64,000 nucleotides of DNA from Clostridia bacterium (lineage in GTDB: Bacteria > Bacillota > Clostridia > TANB77 > CAG-465). The position numbers and the translations under genes were made by a program. The stretch's first letter is position 1. Every line of letters begins with the position of its first letter. Below are positions 19,324 to 28,502 of the stretch, one piece after another. The notes under the pieces are model-generated. The model ran no database searches. It had not been told where the DNA came from and worked only from the letters and a program-made list of their open reading frames with translations. The stretch covers positions 7,759 through 71,758 of the forward strand of contig JAZKXT010000012.1 of NCBI GenBank assembly GCA_045611765.1. Reading direction: 5' to 3'.

Positions 19324-19920
19324 TTAGCTTTGTTGAGTCTTCCAGTAGTCGTAGATGATGTTGGATTTTTTGGATATACAATCGTACTTGAAGTACTGTG
19401 CAAATAGTTTGAGCTTTTCTTCGTGGTGAAGTGCTGTCAAATTGTATTTCATGAGTTCGCTGTGGAACTGCTCGTATTGCCTAAACATGCATATTTCAGG
19501 ATATTGAGGCTGAAGTATCAAAAGTTCAGGTAAAAATTCTGCAGCCATTTTTGGCCCATAGGATTCTTTGGGGGAATATCCGTACGTTGCCGCAAACTCC
19601 ATGGCTACTTCATCATCGACGCTTGAAGACGCAAGAGACCTATACATGTCTTCTAAGAAATCGGGACCGACCTCAGAAGCCCAACCGTCACATGCGGATA
19701 AATCTTTGACGTAGCATGGGTTTATAAACCATGAAGATTCTTCGGCAAATTCCATTGATGGACTGTAGGATTGAATAAATTTGATGCACAGGATATTTTC
19801 ATCTTCGAAACTGGGGCGATGCCTATCTACGATAAAACATTGCATCTCTTCTGCTGAAGAGTCGACTAACTCGCGCTCGCCCAACCGCGCGATAAGCTTT
19901 TTGACATAAATGTCAATCAT
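19324..19920 (-). CDS. hypothetical protein (GC-elevated orphan cassette A)
   Basis: A 198-aa ORF with a codon composition (~45% GC) unlike its neighbours. It has its own near-consensus promoter and terminator. No recognisable motif. Confidence 0.5.
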   Translation of the reverse strand: MIDIYVKKLIARLGERELVDSSAEEMQCFIVDRHRPSFEDENILCIKFIQSYSPSMEFAEESSWFINPCYVKDLSACDGWASEVGPDFLEDMYRSLASSSVDDEVAMEFAATYGYSPKESYGPKMAAEFLPELLILQPQYPEICMFRQYEQFHSELMKYNLTALHHEEKLKLFAQYFKYDCISKKSNIIYDYWKTQQS

Positions 19921-19974
19921 TTACAAAACCTCCATAAAAATTATTTTAAAGATAGCAAGCTATCCACATAAATA

Positions 19975-20001
19975 TTATACTACATAAGGAGAAAATAGTC
20001 A
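19975..20001 (-). promoter_or_regulatory. sigma-A promoter (minus strand) of cassette A
   Basis: On the minus strand: TTGACT, a 17-nt spacer, then TATAAT. A GATAGCAAGCTATC palindrome (19951–19964) sits in the 5'-UTR. Confidence 0.55.
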
Positions 20002-20054
20002 ACATAAAACTTGACCTGACTGCTGCTAGCTATTAAAGAATGTATAAATCTCTT

Positions 20055-20082
20055 TGAAATTTTACACTTTTGTGATATAATG
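20055..20082 (+). promoter_or_regulatory. sigma-A promoter of secA
   Basis: TTGAAA at 20055–20060, a 16-nt spacer, and TGATATAAT ending at 20082. Confidence 0.5.
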
Positions 20083-20112
20083 TATGACATATTATATAAA
20101 GAGGAGAACATT

Positions 20113-22899
20113 ATGGGATTAATAGAAAAAATATTTGGTTCGTATAGCGAAAAAGAAATAAAAAGAATAATGCCTTTGGTAGAAAAAATAGAAGCATTGG
20201 ACGAAAAAATGCAAAAACTTTCGGACAAAGAGTTAAGAGATAAAACACCGGAGTTTAAACAAAGACTAGAAAAAGGGGAAACATTAGATGATATACTTCC
20301 TGAAGCGTTTGCTGTAGTTAGGGAAGCTTCAAGCAGAGTGCTTAATATGAAACACTTTAAGGTACAATTAATTGGTGGTATCATACTTCATCAAGGAAGA
20401 ATAGCAGAAATGAAAACCGGTGAAGGAAAAACACTTGTTGTAACATTGCCGGCATATCTTAATGCCCTTACTGGAAAAGGTGTACATATTATAACAGTTA
20501 ATGATTATTTAGCTACTTATCATAGTGCGTGGATGGGAAAACTATATAAATTTTTAGGACTTACAGTGGGGCTTGTTGTACCAGGCATGACGCCGGCTCA
20601 AAAACAAATTGCATACGCATCAGACATAACGTATGGTACAAATAACGAATATGGTTTTGATTATTTAAGAGATAATATGTGCTTAAATAAAGTGGATATG
20701 GTTCAAAGAGATTTGAATTATGCTGTAGTGGATGAAGTAGACAGTATACTTATAGATGAAGCTAGAACGCCGTTAATAATTTCTGGAATTGGTAAAGAAT
20801 CTACAGAACTTTATACAAAAACAGACAAGTTGGTTAAAAAATTAAAACCTAGAATTATAGTTGAGTCAGACAATAAGAATTTTGATGAGTCGGATGAAGA
20901 ATATGATTATGTTGTGGATTTAAAAGCTAAAACGACAGCTTTAACAGAACGCGGAACAAAGAAATGTGAAGAATATTTTGGAATAGATTGTTTAACAGAT
21001 GTAGAAAATATGGAAATTTCACATCATGTAAACCAAGCTCTTAGAGCCTATGGCATAATGAAGAAAGATATAGACTATATTGAACAAAATGGAGAAATAC
21101 TAATAGTAGATGAATTCACTGGACGTATTATGGAAGGGAGAAGATATAGCGACGGTCTTCACCAAGCAATAGAAGCTAAAGAGGGTCTAAGAATAGCAAG
21201 GGAATCTAAAGCACTTGCTACAATAACATTCCAAAACTATTTTAGATTATATAAAAAGCTTGCTGGTATGACGGGTACCGCTAAATCTGAAGAAACGGAA
21301 TTCAAAGGAATATTTGGACTAGATGTAGTTGAAATACCAACAAATAAGCCGGTAGTTCGTGAAGATAAAAATGATGTAGTATACAAGACAGAAAAAGGTA
21401 AGTTTAATGCGATAGTTGAAGATGTAAAACAAAGTTATGAAAAAGGACAACCAGTTCTTGTTGGTACAGTTTCTATTGAAAAATCTGAAGAATTAAGTAA
21501 GTTACTAAAAGCCCAAAGAATACCACATGAAGTGTTAAATGCGAAGTATCACGCAAGAGAAGCTGAAATTGTCGCTCAAGCTGGTAAATATAAAGCTGTA
21601 ACAATAGCAACAAATATGGCCGGTAGAGGCACAGATATACTTCTTGGGGGTAACCCTGAATTTATGGCAAGAAAAGTATTGGAGAAAAAAGGTGTTGAGC
21701 TTGAAAAAATAGAGCTTGCAACAAGTCCGTTACCTACAATAGATAATGAAGTACTTGAACTTAGAGAAGAATATCACAAATTAGAAAAAGAATTTAAAGA
21801 TAAATTGAAGGATGAAAAGGAGAGAGTAATTACTGCTGGCGGTCTTAAAATAATTGGTAGTGAACGTCACGAATCTAGACGTATAGATAACCAATTAAGA
21901 GGTCGTGCCGGACGTCAAGGCGATGTTGGTGAATCTCGTTTCTATATTTCACTAGAGGACGATTTAATGAAATTATTTGGCTCAGATAAGGTACAATATT
22001 TAGCAGACATGTTGGGGTTACCAGAAGATATGCCGATAGAACAGAAAATGCTTACAGGGGCTATTGAAACAGCTCAAAAAAGAGTTGAAGGAAGAAACTA
22101 TAGCATAAGAAAAAGCGTACTGGAATATGACGATGTTATGAATAAACAACGTAATGTTATATATTCTCAAAGAAGACAAATACTAGATAGTGATTCTATA
22201 GAGGATGTAATAAAAAATATTACGAAAAACAAAATAGAAAGTATAATTGAATTATATATGGCGCATCTAGACAAGCATGAAAATGTAGATCTAGAAGGAA
22301 TGAATACAACTCTACAAAGTTTATTTGCAATAGAAAATATGGTTCCTGAACAGGACGCAGAACTCAATATAGAAGAAGTTAAGCAAAAGGTTGTAGATAA
22401 GGTATTTAAACTTTATGACGAAAGAAAAGAAATATTCGTAAAACAAGGCTTGAAAGATCAATATAACTTTATTGAAAAAATGATGATGTTAAGAACTGTT
22501 GATGAAAAATGGCAGGCTCATATAGATGATATGTCTCATTTAAAAGAAGGAATACATTTAAGAGCATATGGACAAACGAACCCTGTAGATGCATATAAAA
22601 TGGAAAGTTTTGATTTGTTCGATGAGATGACAAATAGTATTAAAGAGGATACAATAAGAGCTATATTTACTGTAAAATATAATGCTGATAATACAAATGC
22701 TACAATGAACAAACTCGGACAAAGCATAAACAAAGTAGAAGGTTTTAATAAGGCAGAGGTGAATGCTATGAGACAAGGCTCTACAAATTCACAACCACAA
22801 GTAAAAAGAGAACCAGTTAGAATAGAAAAAACTGTTGGTAGAAATGAACCTTGTCCATGTGGTTCGGGAAAAAAATATAAGCAGTGTTGCGGAAAGTAA
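20113..22899 (+). CDS. secA: preprotein translocase ATPase SecA
   Basis: N-terminal MGLIEKIFGSYSEKEIKRI, DEAD-like motor motifs, and a C-terminal zinc finger (CPCGSGKKYKQCCG). Confidence 0.97.
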   Translation: MGLIEKIFGSYSEKEIKRIMPLVEKIEALDEKMQKLSDKELRDKTPEFKQRLEKGETLDDILPEAFAVVREASSRVLNMKHFKVQLIGGIILHQGRIAEMKTGEGKTLVVTLPAYLNALTGKGVHIITVNDYLATYHSAWMGKLYKFLGLTVGLVVPGMTPAQKQIAYASDITYGTNNEYGFDYLRDNMCLNKVDMVQRDLNYAVVDEVDSILIDEARTPLIISGIGKESTELYTKTDKLVKKLKPRIIVESDNKNFDESDEEYDYVVDLKAKTTALTERGTKKCEEYFGIDCLTDVENMEISHHVNQALRAYGIMKKDIDYIEQNGEILIVDEFTGRIMEGRRYSDGLHQAIEAKEGLRIARESKALATITFQNYFRLYKKLAGMTGTAKSEETEFKGIFGLDVVEIPTNKPVVREDKNDVVYKTEKGKFNAIVEDVKQSYEKGQPVLVGTVSIEKSEELSKLLKAQRIPHEVLNAKYHAREAEIVAQAGKYKAVTIATNMAGRGTDILLGGNPEFMARKVLEKKGVELEKIELATSPLPTIDNEVLELREEYHKLEKEFKDKLKDEKERVITAGGLKIIGSERHESRRIDNQLRGRAGRQGDVGESRFYISLEDDLMKLFGSDKVQYLADMLGLPEDMPIEQKMLTGAIETAQKRVEGRNYSIRKSVLEYDDVMNKQRNVIYSQRRQILDSDSIEDVIKNITKNKIESIIELYMAHLDKHENVDLEGMNTTLQSLFAIENMVPEQDAELNIEEVKQKVVDKVFKLYDERKEIFVKQGLKDQYNFIEKMMMLRTVDEKWQAHIDDMSHLKEGIHLRAYGQTNPVDAYKMESFDLFDEMTNSIKEDTIRAIFTVKYNADNTNATMNKLGQSINKVEGFNKAEVNAMRQGSTNSQPQVKREPVRIEKTVGRNEPCPCGSGKKYKQCCGK

Positions 22900-23052
22900 A
22901 CTAAGTCGCTTAAGAATGACGACTTTAGGATGTATACATACGTGGGAATTAATTGTGTATATGTTTTAAATGCTAATTTATCTAACAAAAATAGAATGTA
23001 TGGTTGAATTTGTAGTGCATAAATGATAATATCAAAAGAGGGGGGAAGGAAA

Positions 23053-23631
23053 ATGGAAAAAATAAAAGAGATTTTAAAAGATACAAAAAAATCTACATTA
23101 TTGGGACTTATATCTTCTTGTTTAATACTTGCTATACCATTGGTTGCCGGGTATTCATTGGATATTGCTAGTATTCTTTTTTACAGTCAGGATACGATAG
23201 GATTTATAGTCTATTTTGCAATAATGTATAGGAGATTGTGTAAAAAAAGTGGAAGTATAAAAGTAGCTAACATAGTATTAATAATTACTTGTATTACGCC
23301 ATTGCTGTTTAGCTTTAGAAATTTAATTGTTAATACAATTGGGTGTATATCTAGCTATTATTATGAATTTTATGATGTGTTAGGTGCTTTAATCGACTTT
23401 GCTAAATGTTTAATAATAGTTCTATTCTTGTTTAATATTTTATATAGAAAGAATAACTTTGTGACCAATAAAATGTTTGCTGGCATAATTATAGCAACTT
23501 GTGCTTTTGATTTTTTGATGAGCGGTCTTAATATAATGATATTATTTATAGGAATGTGTTATTTGGGAAAAATACCATATTTTTATAATTATTATATATT
23601 GTTAAAGGGGGAAAAGGAAAATGGCAAGTAA
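23053..23631 (+). CDS. hypothetical polytopic membrane protein
   Basis: Five to six hydrophobic helices; ATG preceded by a GGGGGGAAGGA ribosome-binding site. Confidence 0.45.
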   Translation: MEKIKEILKDTKKSTLLGLISSCLILAIPLVAGYSLDIASILFYSQDTIGFIVYFAIMYRRLCKKSGSIKVANIVLIITCITPLLFSFRNLIVNTIGCISSYYYEFYDVLGALIDFAKCLIIVLFLFNILYRKNNFVTNKMFAGIIIATCAFDFLMSGLNIMILFIGMCYLGKIPYFYNYYILLKGEKENGK

Positions 23632-24106
23632 TGAGGAACTAGAAGCTCTAGGGATTATACAAAAAGATGTTGATGAATCGTCTAACGTGGCAAAGGCAAA
23701 AAAAGTGGGAACGCCTATAGTAAAAACGGGTAAACAACCTAGCGCTAGACAACAAATGAATGCTATGGTGGTTGGAAATAATTATGAGAGCATGAAAAAC
23801 AATGAAGGTGTTATATTAACTACTACGAATACAATAGAAGGATATAATATATCTGATTATATTGGAATAGTTAGCGGAACAGATATTTACTTAGTCGGTG
23901 GCATTTTTGGCGGTGGACTCGTAAATCAAGAAGTTTTATACTCCACGGCTCTAGCTACTGCAACAAGACATATAAAAGCAAATGCAGAAGCTATTGGTGC
24001 AGATGCGGTTATAGGAATTCAAAACAACATTGCTTCTCCTGGTGGTGCTAATAATATGATAGTTATTGTTACCGGTACAGCAGTGAAAATAACGAAGAAA
24101 AGCTAG
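23621..24106 (+). CDS. YbjQ/UPF0145 family protein (putative heavy-metal-binding domain)
   Basis: GIVSGTDIYLVGGIFGGGLVNQ...AIGADAVIGIQNNIASPGGANNMIVIVTGTAVK is typical of the YbjQ fold. Confidence 0.65.
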   Translation: MASNEELEALGIIQKDVDESSNVAKAKKVGTPIVKTGKQPSARQQMNAMVVGNNYESMKNNEGVILTTTNTIEGYNISDYIGIVSGTDIYLVGGIFGGGLVNQEVLYSTALATATRHIKANAEAIGADAVIGIQNNIASPGGANNMIVIVTGTAVKITKKS

Positions 24107-24130
24107 TTTGCAATAAACATTATAAATTAA

Positions 24131-24162
24131 AAGTGTGGGAAAACAATTCTCGCACTTTTTAT
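24131..24162 (+). terminator. putative terminator
   Basis: AAAAGTGTGGGAA-loop-TTCTCGCACTTTTT. Confidence 0.5.
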
Positions 24163-24301
24163 GTATTTGATTTGTACAACATATTAATTGGAAAGTAAAA
24201 ACATACATGTATGCATTTTTACCATAAAGTTGCTTTTTAACTTAAAATGTTGTAAAATATAAAATACGGTGGTATAAAAGTCATCAGAAAGGAAGTGTAA
24301 A

Positions 24302-24736
24302 ATGAAATATACAAAAAAAGTAATGGACCATTTTGCTAACCCAAGAAATGTAGGCGAACTTGAAAATTATAATGCGATGGGAGAAGTTGGAAATGCAAAA
24401 TGTGGAGATATAATGAGAATGTATCTATACATTGAAGATGATATTATAAAAGATATATCATTTAAAACATTTGGATGCGGAGCCGCTATAGCTACAAGTT
24501 CAATGGCAACTGAAATGATAAAAGGAAAAAGCATAAAAGAAGCATTACAACTTACGAACAAAGCGGTTGTTGAAGCGTTAGAGGGATTACCGCCTGTAAA
24601 ACTTCATTGCTCGGTGCTTGCTGAAGAAGCGGTAAAAACAGCAATATTAGATTACTTAAAGAAAACAGGAAGAGAAGATGAATATGAGGTAGTCAAATGC
24701 AAAGGTTGTTGTAAAGCTTGTGATCATGTACACTAG
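24302..24736 (+). CDS. nifU: Fe-S cluster assembly scaffold protein, NifU/IscU N-terminal-domain type
   Basis: Three conserved Cys motifs (NAKCGD, FGCGAAIATSS, LHCSVLA) and a C-terminal Cys-rich tail. Confidence 0.85.
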   Translation: MKYTKKVMDHFANPRNVGELENYNAMGEVGNAKCGDIMRMYLYIEDDIIKDISFKTFGCGAAIATSSMATEMIKGKSIKEALQLTNKAVVEALEGLPPVKLHCSVLAEEAVKTAILDYLKKTGREDEYEVVKCKGCCKACDHVH

Positions 24737-24746
24737 AGGTAATGTT

Positions 24747-25169
24747 ATGCAAAAAGCAACAAGATTAATTATAGAAGATGGAGAAAATTTGGTTTTTATA
24801 AAAAGAACTAAAAAGGTAAGTGGCAGCCCAAATACGTTTTACGTATTACCGGGTGGAATACTAGATGAAAATGAAACTTGGGAACAGGCCGGAATTCGCG
24901 AAGCTAAAGAAGAACTTGGGGTGGATATACAAATAGACGAATTGTTTGTAGAAGAGTATAACGAGGAGCTAAATAAACAAGAACGTTTTTACTTTGCAAC
25001 TATTTTAAACGGTAAAGTTTCTAATGGAAATGGTGAAGAATTTCAAAATATGAGCATAGATAGGCCATATGGATTATACGAAGTAGTGAAACTAAGTAAA
25101 AAAGAAATAGGTGCATATAATATTTTGCCTATTACAATAAAGGACAAACTAGTTGCAATTTATATATAA
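24747..25169 (+). CDS. NUDIX hydrolase
   Basis: Nudix box GGILDENETWEQAGIREAKEELGV. Confidence 0.8.
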   Translation: MQKATRLIIEDGENLVFIKRTKKVSGSPNTFYVLPGGILDENETWEQAGIREAKEELGVDIQIDELFVEEYNEELNKQERFYFATILNGKVSNGNGEEFQNMSIDRPYGLYEVVKLSKKEIGAYNILPITIKDKLVAIYI

Positions 25170-25179
25170 AATTACAAGA

Positions 25180-25209
25180 CGAGAAATGCTGTTGCGTTTC
25201 TCGTTTTTT
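25180..25209 (+). terminator. rho-independent terminator
   Basis: CGAGAAA-loop-TTTCTCG stem followed by TTTTTT. Confidence 0.6.
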
Positions 25210-25222
25210 GTCGCCTCTGCGT

Positions 25223-25251
25223 TGACATAATTCTAGAAATGTGCTATAATG
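25223..25251 (+). promoter_or_regulatory. consensus sigma-A promoter of cassette B
   Basis: TTGACA at 25223–25228, a 17-nt spacer, and TATAAT at 25246–25251. The 5'-UTR contains a GAGCTC-GCTT-GAGCTC hairpin at 25274–25289. Confidence 0.65.
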
Positions 25252-25336
25252 AGTATGTAAGCGATTTTAAACCGAGCTCGCTTGAGCTCAATAATACATG
25301 TCCAAATTGGGCTGAATAATAAAGGAGACTTAAATT

Positions 25337-26290
25337 ATGAAGAAAACTGTTGCTACCATCATCGCTGATCAGAAGGCTGCTGAGTATTTCTGCCTCTTGA
25401 CCCCTGTTCAAGCAAAAAAAGTTCTTTTTGCAATGAGCCGGCTTGAGGGAAATCAACGTCTAGGAGATTCCAATGTCGCAGAAGTGCGTAAAATCGCTGA
25501 ATTTTACGATGGTGTAATCACTTCCCATTATGCCAAAGAACTGGCTACTTATCTGGCAAGTGAATATGCGAAGAAGACCCCGAGGGTACTTCTCACAAAG
25601 AAACAGGTGGAAGAATACACTCATGCAAAATACAGAAAGTTGTATGATGCATTAGGCATCTATGGATTCGATTATGTGATTACGGCTTTGGCACAAGGAA
25701 AAGCGTATGTGGCCAATCCTGAAAACGGAATCGATGAAAAGAATATGCTGAGTGCGTTACGCTGGGATGAGAGACGCGAAGGCGAAAACCCTGTGATTTC
25801 CAATAACCGGCATCGTCGTAAGGGACTTCAGTTGGTCGGCTTGGGTGATATGGTGGATGTGCTGATGCCTTATACCTACATCATTGCCAGCGTATATGAG
25901 CTGATTACCCCTGGTACACATATCGTTTCCGACATGGCAAACATGACCGAACAAGAAGAGGTTGCTGCAGAGTGCACTCCTGTAACGGTGCGAGACATGA
26001 AGATTCACTTCATCGAGAACGCACATATTATTCTGGATTTCTATGGCACAATCAAGCCGAAAGTGCCTGAGGGATTTTTTGAAGAAGAACTTGTGGAAGG
26101 CTCTACAACATATCTTCTGGCTCAGCGGGGACTGGTCAAGGACTCTAAAGCGGTGTTACAGTATGTTGAACAGAACAAGCTGTATACAGCTTGCCTTGAG
26201 AAGCTGCATGAAATTTTCTCTGATGAGGAAATGACGACTATTCAGGAGCATAAGGAAGTTATCCGGGAGCTCATTAAAAACTCTTGGTAA
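25337..26290 (+). CDS. hypothetical protein (GC-elevated orphan cassette B, 317 aa)
   Basis: About 45% GC against roughly 29% background. AAGGAG ribosome-binding site. No recognisable catalytic motif. Confidence 0.55.
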   Translation: MKKTVATIIADQKAAEYFCLLTPVQAKKVLFAMSRLEGNQRLGDSNVAEVRKIAEFYDGVITSHYAKELATYLASEYAKKTPRVLLTKKQVEEYTHAKYRKLYDALGIYGFDYVITALAQGKAYVANPENGIDEKNMLSALRWDERREGENPVISNNRHRRKGLQLVGLGDMVDVLMPYTYIIASVYELITPGTHIVSDMANMTEQEEVAAECTPVTVRDMKIHFIENAHIILDFYGTIKPKVPEGFFEEELVEGSTTYLLAQRGLVKDSKAVLQYVEQNKLYTACLEKLHEIFSDEEMTTIQEHKEVIRELIKNSW

Positions 26291-26296
26291 GTAGCC

Positions 26297-26330
26297 AAAA
26301 GCACTAGAGACTATTGTTTCTAGTGCTTTT
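26297..26330 (+). terminator. rho-independent terminator
   Basis: AAAAGCACTAGA-loop-TCTAGTGCTTTT. Confidence 0.7.
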
Positions 26331-26412
26331 ACTTGCATTTAACATAGATGTATGGTATAATAGTAGTCTCGGAAACAAATAAATCCAAATATAATTAAAT
26401 GGAGGAAGCAAA

Positions 26413-26955
26413 ATGGTTATTAAGCTCGATGTATCTAAACTGGATTCTCGTACTGTAGAGTGTATTGCACGTCAAACAGATGATATTTCAGTGCTTACAC
26501 AATTAGCGATGAGCGATGATGCAGATGTAGTTATAAGCGTAATTGAAAATCCGGAGACTACTAAAGAAATTAGAGATGCTATTTGTGATAAGTGGATAAA
26601 TAGAGAGAAAAACAAACAAGTTATGGAAGTGCTGGTTGAATGCCCTCTTAGTGCTGATGCTATTCATAAGATAGTTAAACAGATGAGCATTAAAGCTCCT
26701 TGGGTTTGCAAAGCGTTAGTATTACAAGAAGATATATCCGCTGAAGATTTGCAGTGTATTTTCGACAATGTAACAGCAGGGGATTTAGCAAAAGGCCTTG
26801 TGATGGATATTCTGAGTAATATGATTAGTAACGAGTACATGTCTGAAAGTCTTGTGCAAAAGTTGGTAGATTATTCGCCTGAAACTGCATCAAAGATTGC
26901 AAAAAGATACAGTCGATTCCTTAGAGTGGATTTCTCTAAAGGCCAAACAGAATAA
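26413..26955 (+). CDS. hypothetical α-helical repeat protein (cassette C, 180 aa)
   Basis: Its own promoter (TTGCAT...TGGTATAAT) and terminator. Repeated amphipathic helical units. GGAGGAAG ribosome-binding site. Confidence 0.5.
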   Translation: MVIKLDVSKLDSRTVECIARQTDDISVLTQLAMSDDADVVISVIENPETTKEIRDAICDKWINREKNKQVMEVLVECPLSADAIHKIVKQMSIKAPWVCKALVLQEDISAEDLQCIFDNVTAGDLAKGLVMDILSNMISNEYMSESLVQKLVDYSPETASKIAKRYSRFLRVDFSKGQTE

Positions 26956-26963
26956 AATTAAAT

Positions 26964-27003
26964 AAAAAGTCAACAAAAACATTTAGTTTTGTTGACTTTT
27001 TTG
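26964..27003 (+). terminator. rho-independent terminator (15-bp perfect stem)
   Basis: AAAAAGTCAACAAAA-loop-TTTTGTTGACTTTTTT. Confidence 0.75.
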
Positions 27004-27064
27004 TCTGTTTATGGTAAACTAGTATAGCATATGTAAATGGCAAAAAATTCGGAGGTGCGTAAAG

Positions 27065-27214
27065 ATGAGAGAAAATATAACATTAGCATGTACAGAATGT
27101 AAACAAAGAAATTATGAAACAAGCAAAAATAAAAGAAATACTACAGAAAGAGTTGAGTTAAATAAGTTCTGTAAATTCTGTCAAAAACATACAACACACA
27201 AAGAAACTAAATAA
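27065..27214 (+). CDS. rpmG: 50S ribosomal protein L33
   Basis: A 49-aa ORF ([49 protein letters not shown]) with the Cys-x2-Cys...Cys-x2-Cys zinc ribbon. It occupies the canonical position upstream of secE-nusG and is absent from the ORF track because it is under 60 aa. Confidence 0.9.
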   Translation: MRENITLACTECKQRNYETSKNKRNTTERVELNKFCKFCQKHTTHKETK

Positions 27215-27233
27215 TGAATAGGATGTGAACATT

Positions 27234-27425
27234 ATGGGGATTTTTAAAGACACAAAGGCTGAACTTAAGAAAGTAGTATGGCCAACAAAAAAACAAATAG
27301 TAAACAATACAGTATGGGTATTGGTATTAGTTATTATGGTAGCCGTTGTTGTACTTGGAATTGATCTTGTACTTGAAGTGGCAGACACAAAAATATGGGA
27401 TTTAATTAAAACTTGGATAAGTTAG
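27234..27425 (+). CDS. secE: preprotein translocase subunit SecE
   Basis: A 64-aa single-transmembrane protein (KKVVWPTKKQIVNNTVWVLVLVIMVAVVVLGIDLV) in the canonical position. Confidence 0.85.
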   Translation: MGIFKDTKAELKKVVWPTKKQIVNNTVWVLVLVIMVAVVVLGIDLVLEVADTKIWDLIKTWIS

Positions 27426-27437
27426 GAGTTGAGGTTT

Positions 27438-27977
27438 ATGTCAGATATAACTGATATAAAAGATAATGCATCTAATTGGTATGTTGTCTATACGTACTCT
27501 GGTTATGAAAATAAAGTAAAAACTACACTCGAAAAAGTTATAGCCAATCGTGGTCTTGAAGACAAAATCGAAGAGATTATAATACCAATGGAGGAAGAAA
27601 TCGAAATAAAGGATGGAAAACAAAAAACATCTATAAAGAAAGTATTCCCAGGTTATGTACTTGTTAAAATGATACTTACTGATGAAACTTGGTACGTAAT
27701 AAAAAGTATTAAAGGAGTATTTAGTTTTGTAGGAACAGGAGATAAGCCATTACCACTTACAGAAAAAGAAATGATAAGCTTAGGTATTGGTGAAGAAATA
27801 ATAAATCTAGATTTCGAAGTAGGAGATTCTGTAACAATAATAACAGAGCCGTTCTACAATTATCCTGGAATTATTGAATCAATAGACAAGGAAAAACAAA
27901 GAGTCGTTGTTAAAGTTAATATGTTTAACAGAGAAACTACTGTTGAACTAGGCTTTGAACAAATACAAAAAATATAG
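27438..27977 (+). CDS. nusG: transcription termination/antitermination factor NusG
   Basis: NGN domain (WYVVYTYSGYENKVK) and KOW domain (GDSVTIITEPFYNYPGIIESID). Confidence 0.95.
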   Translation: MSDITDIKDNASNWYVVYTYSGYENKVKTTLEKVIANRGLEDKIEEIIIPMEEEIEIKDGKQKTSIKKVFPGYVLVKMILTDETWYVIKSIKGVFSFVGTGDKPLPLTEKEMISLGIGEEIINLDFEVGDSVTIITEPFYNYPGIIESIDKEKQRVVVKVNMFNRETTVELGFEQIQKI

Positions 27978-28023
27978 TAAATAACATTTATAATGTTAAA
28001 CATACATAAGGGGGTGAAAAAAG

Positions 28024-28452
28024 ATGGCAGAGAAGAAAGTTACTCATGTTGTTAAACTACAAATTGAAGCAGGTAAAGCTAACCCAGCGCCACCAGTTGG
28101 ACCAGCTCTTGGACCTACAGGAATAAACATTATGCAATTCTGTAAAGAATATAATGAGAAAACTGCAAAAGACGCAGGAATGATATTCCCAGTTGTGCTA
28201 ACAGTTTACCAAGACAAATCATTTGAGTTTATAATCAAAACACCACCAGCAGCAGTACTATTAAAGAAAGCAGCTGGTATAGCTAGTGGTTCAGCAAAAC
28301 CACACAAAGATAAAGTTGCTAAAGTAACACTTGCACAAGTTGAAGAAATTGCAAAAACTAAAATGCAAGATTTAAACGCAGCCTCTTTAGAGTCAGCAGT
28401 ATCTATGATAAAAGGAACTGCAAGATCAATGGGGATCGTTGTTACTGAATAA
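28024..28452 (+). CDS. rplK: 50S ribosomal protein L11
   Basis: [38 protein letters not shown]. Confidence 0.97.
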   Translation: MAEKKVTHVVKLQIEAGKANPAPPVGPALGPTGINIMQFCKEYNEKTAKDAGMIFPVVLTVYQDKSFEFIIKTPPAAVLLKKAAGIASGSAKPHKDKVAKVTLAQVEEIAKTKMQDLNAASLESAVSMIKGTARSMGIVVTE

Positions 28453-28502
28453 AAATGGGAGAGTATAACTCGCTAAAACCAAAGGAGGGAAAAATCGTGA
28501 AT

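Noticed and set aside
28453-28502. An L1-binding autoregulatory mRNA site (GGGAGAGTATAACTCGC) between rplK and rplA
   Set aside because: It resembles a 23S L1-stalk mimic, but the region is very short (about 50 nt) and I cannot verify the secondary structure by eye. It is speculative.
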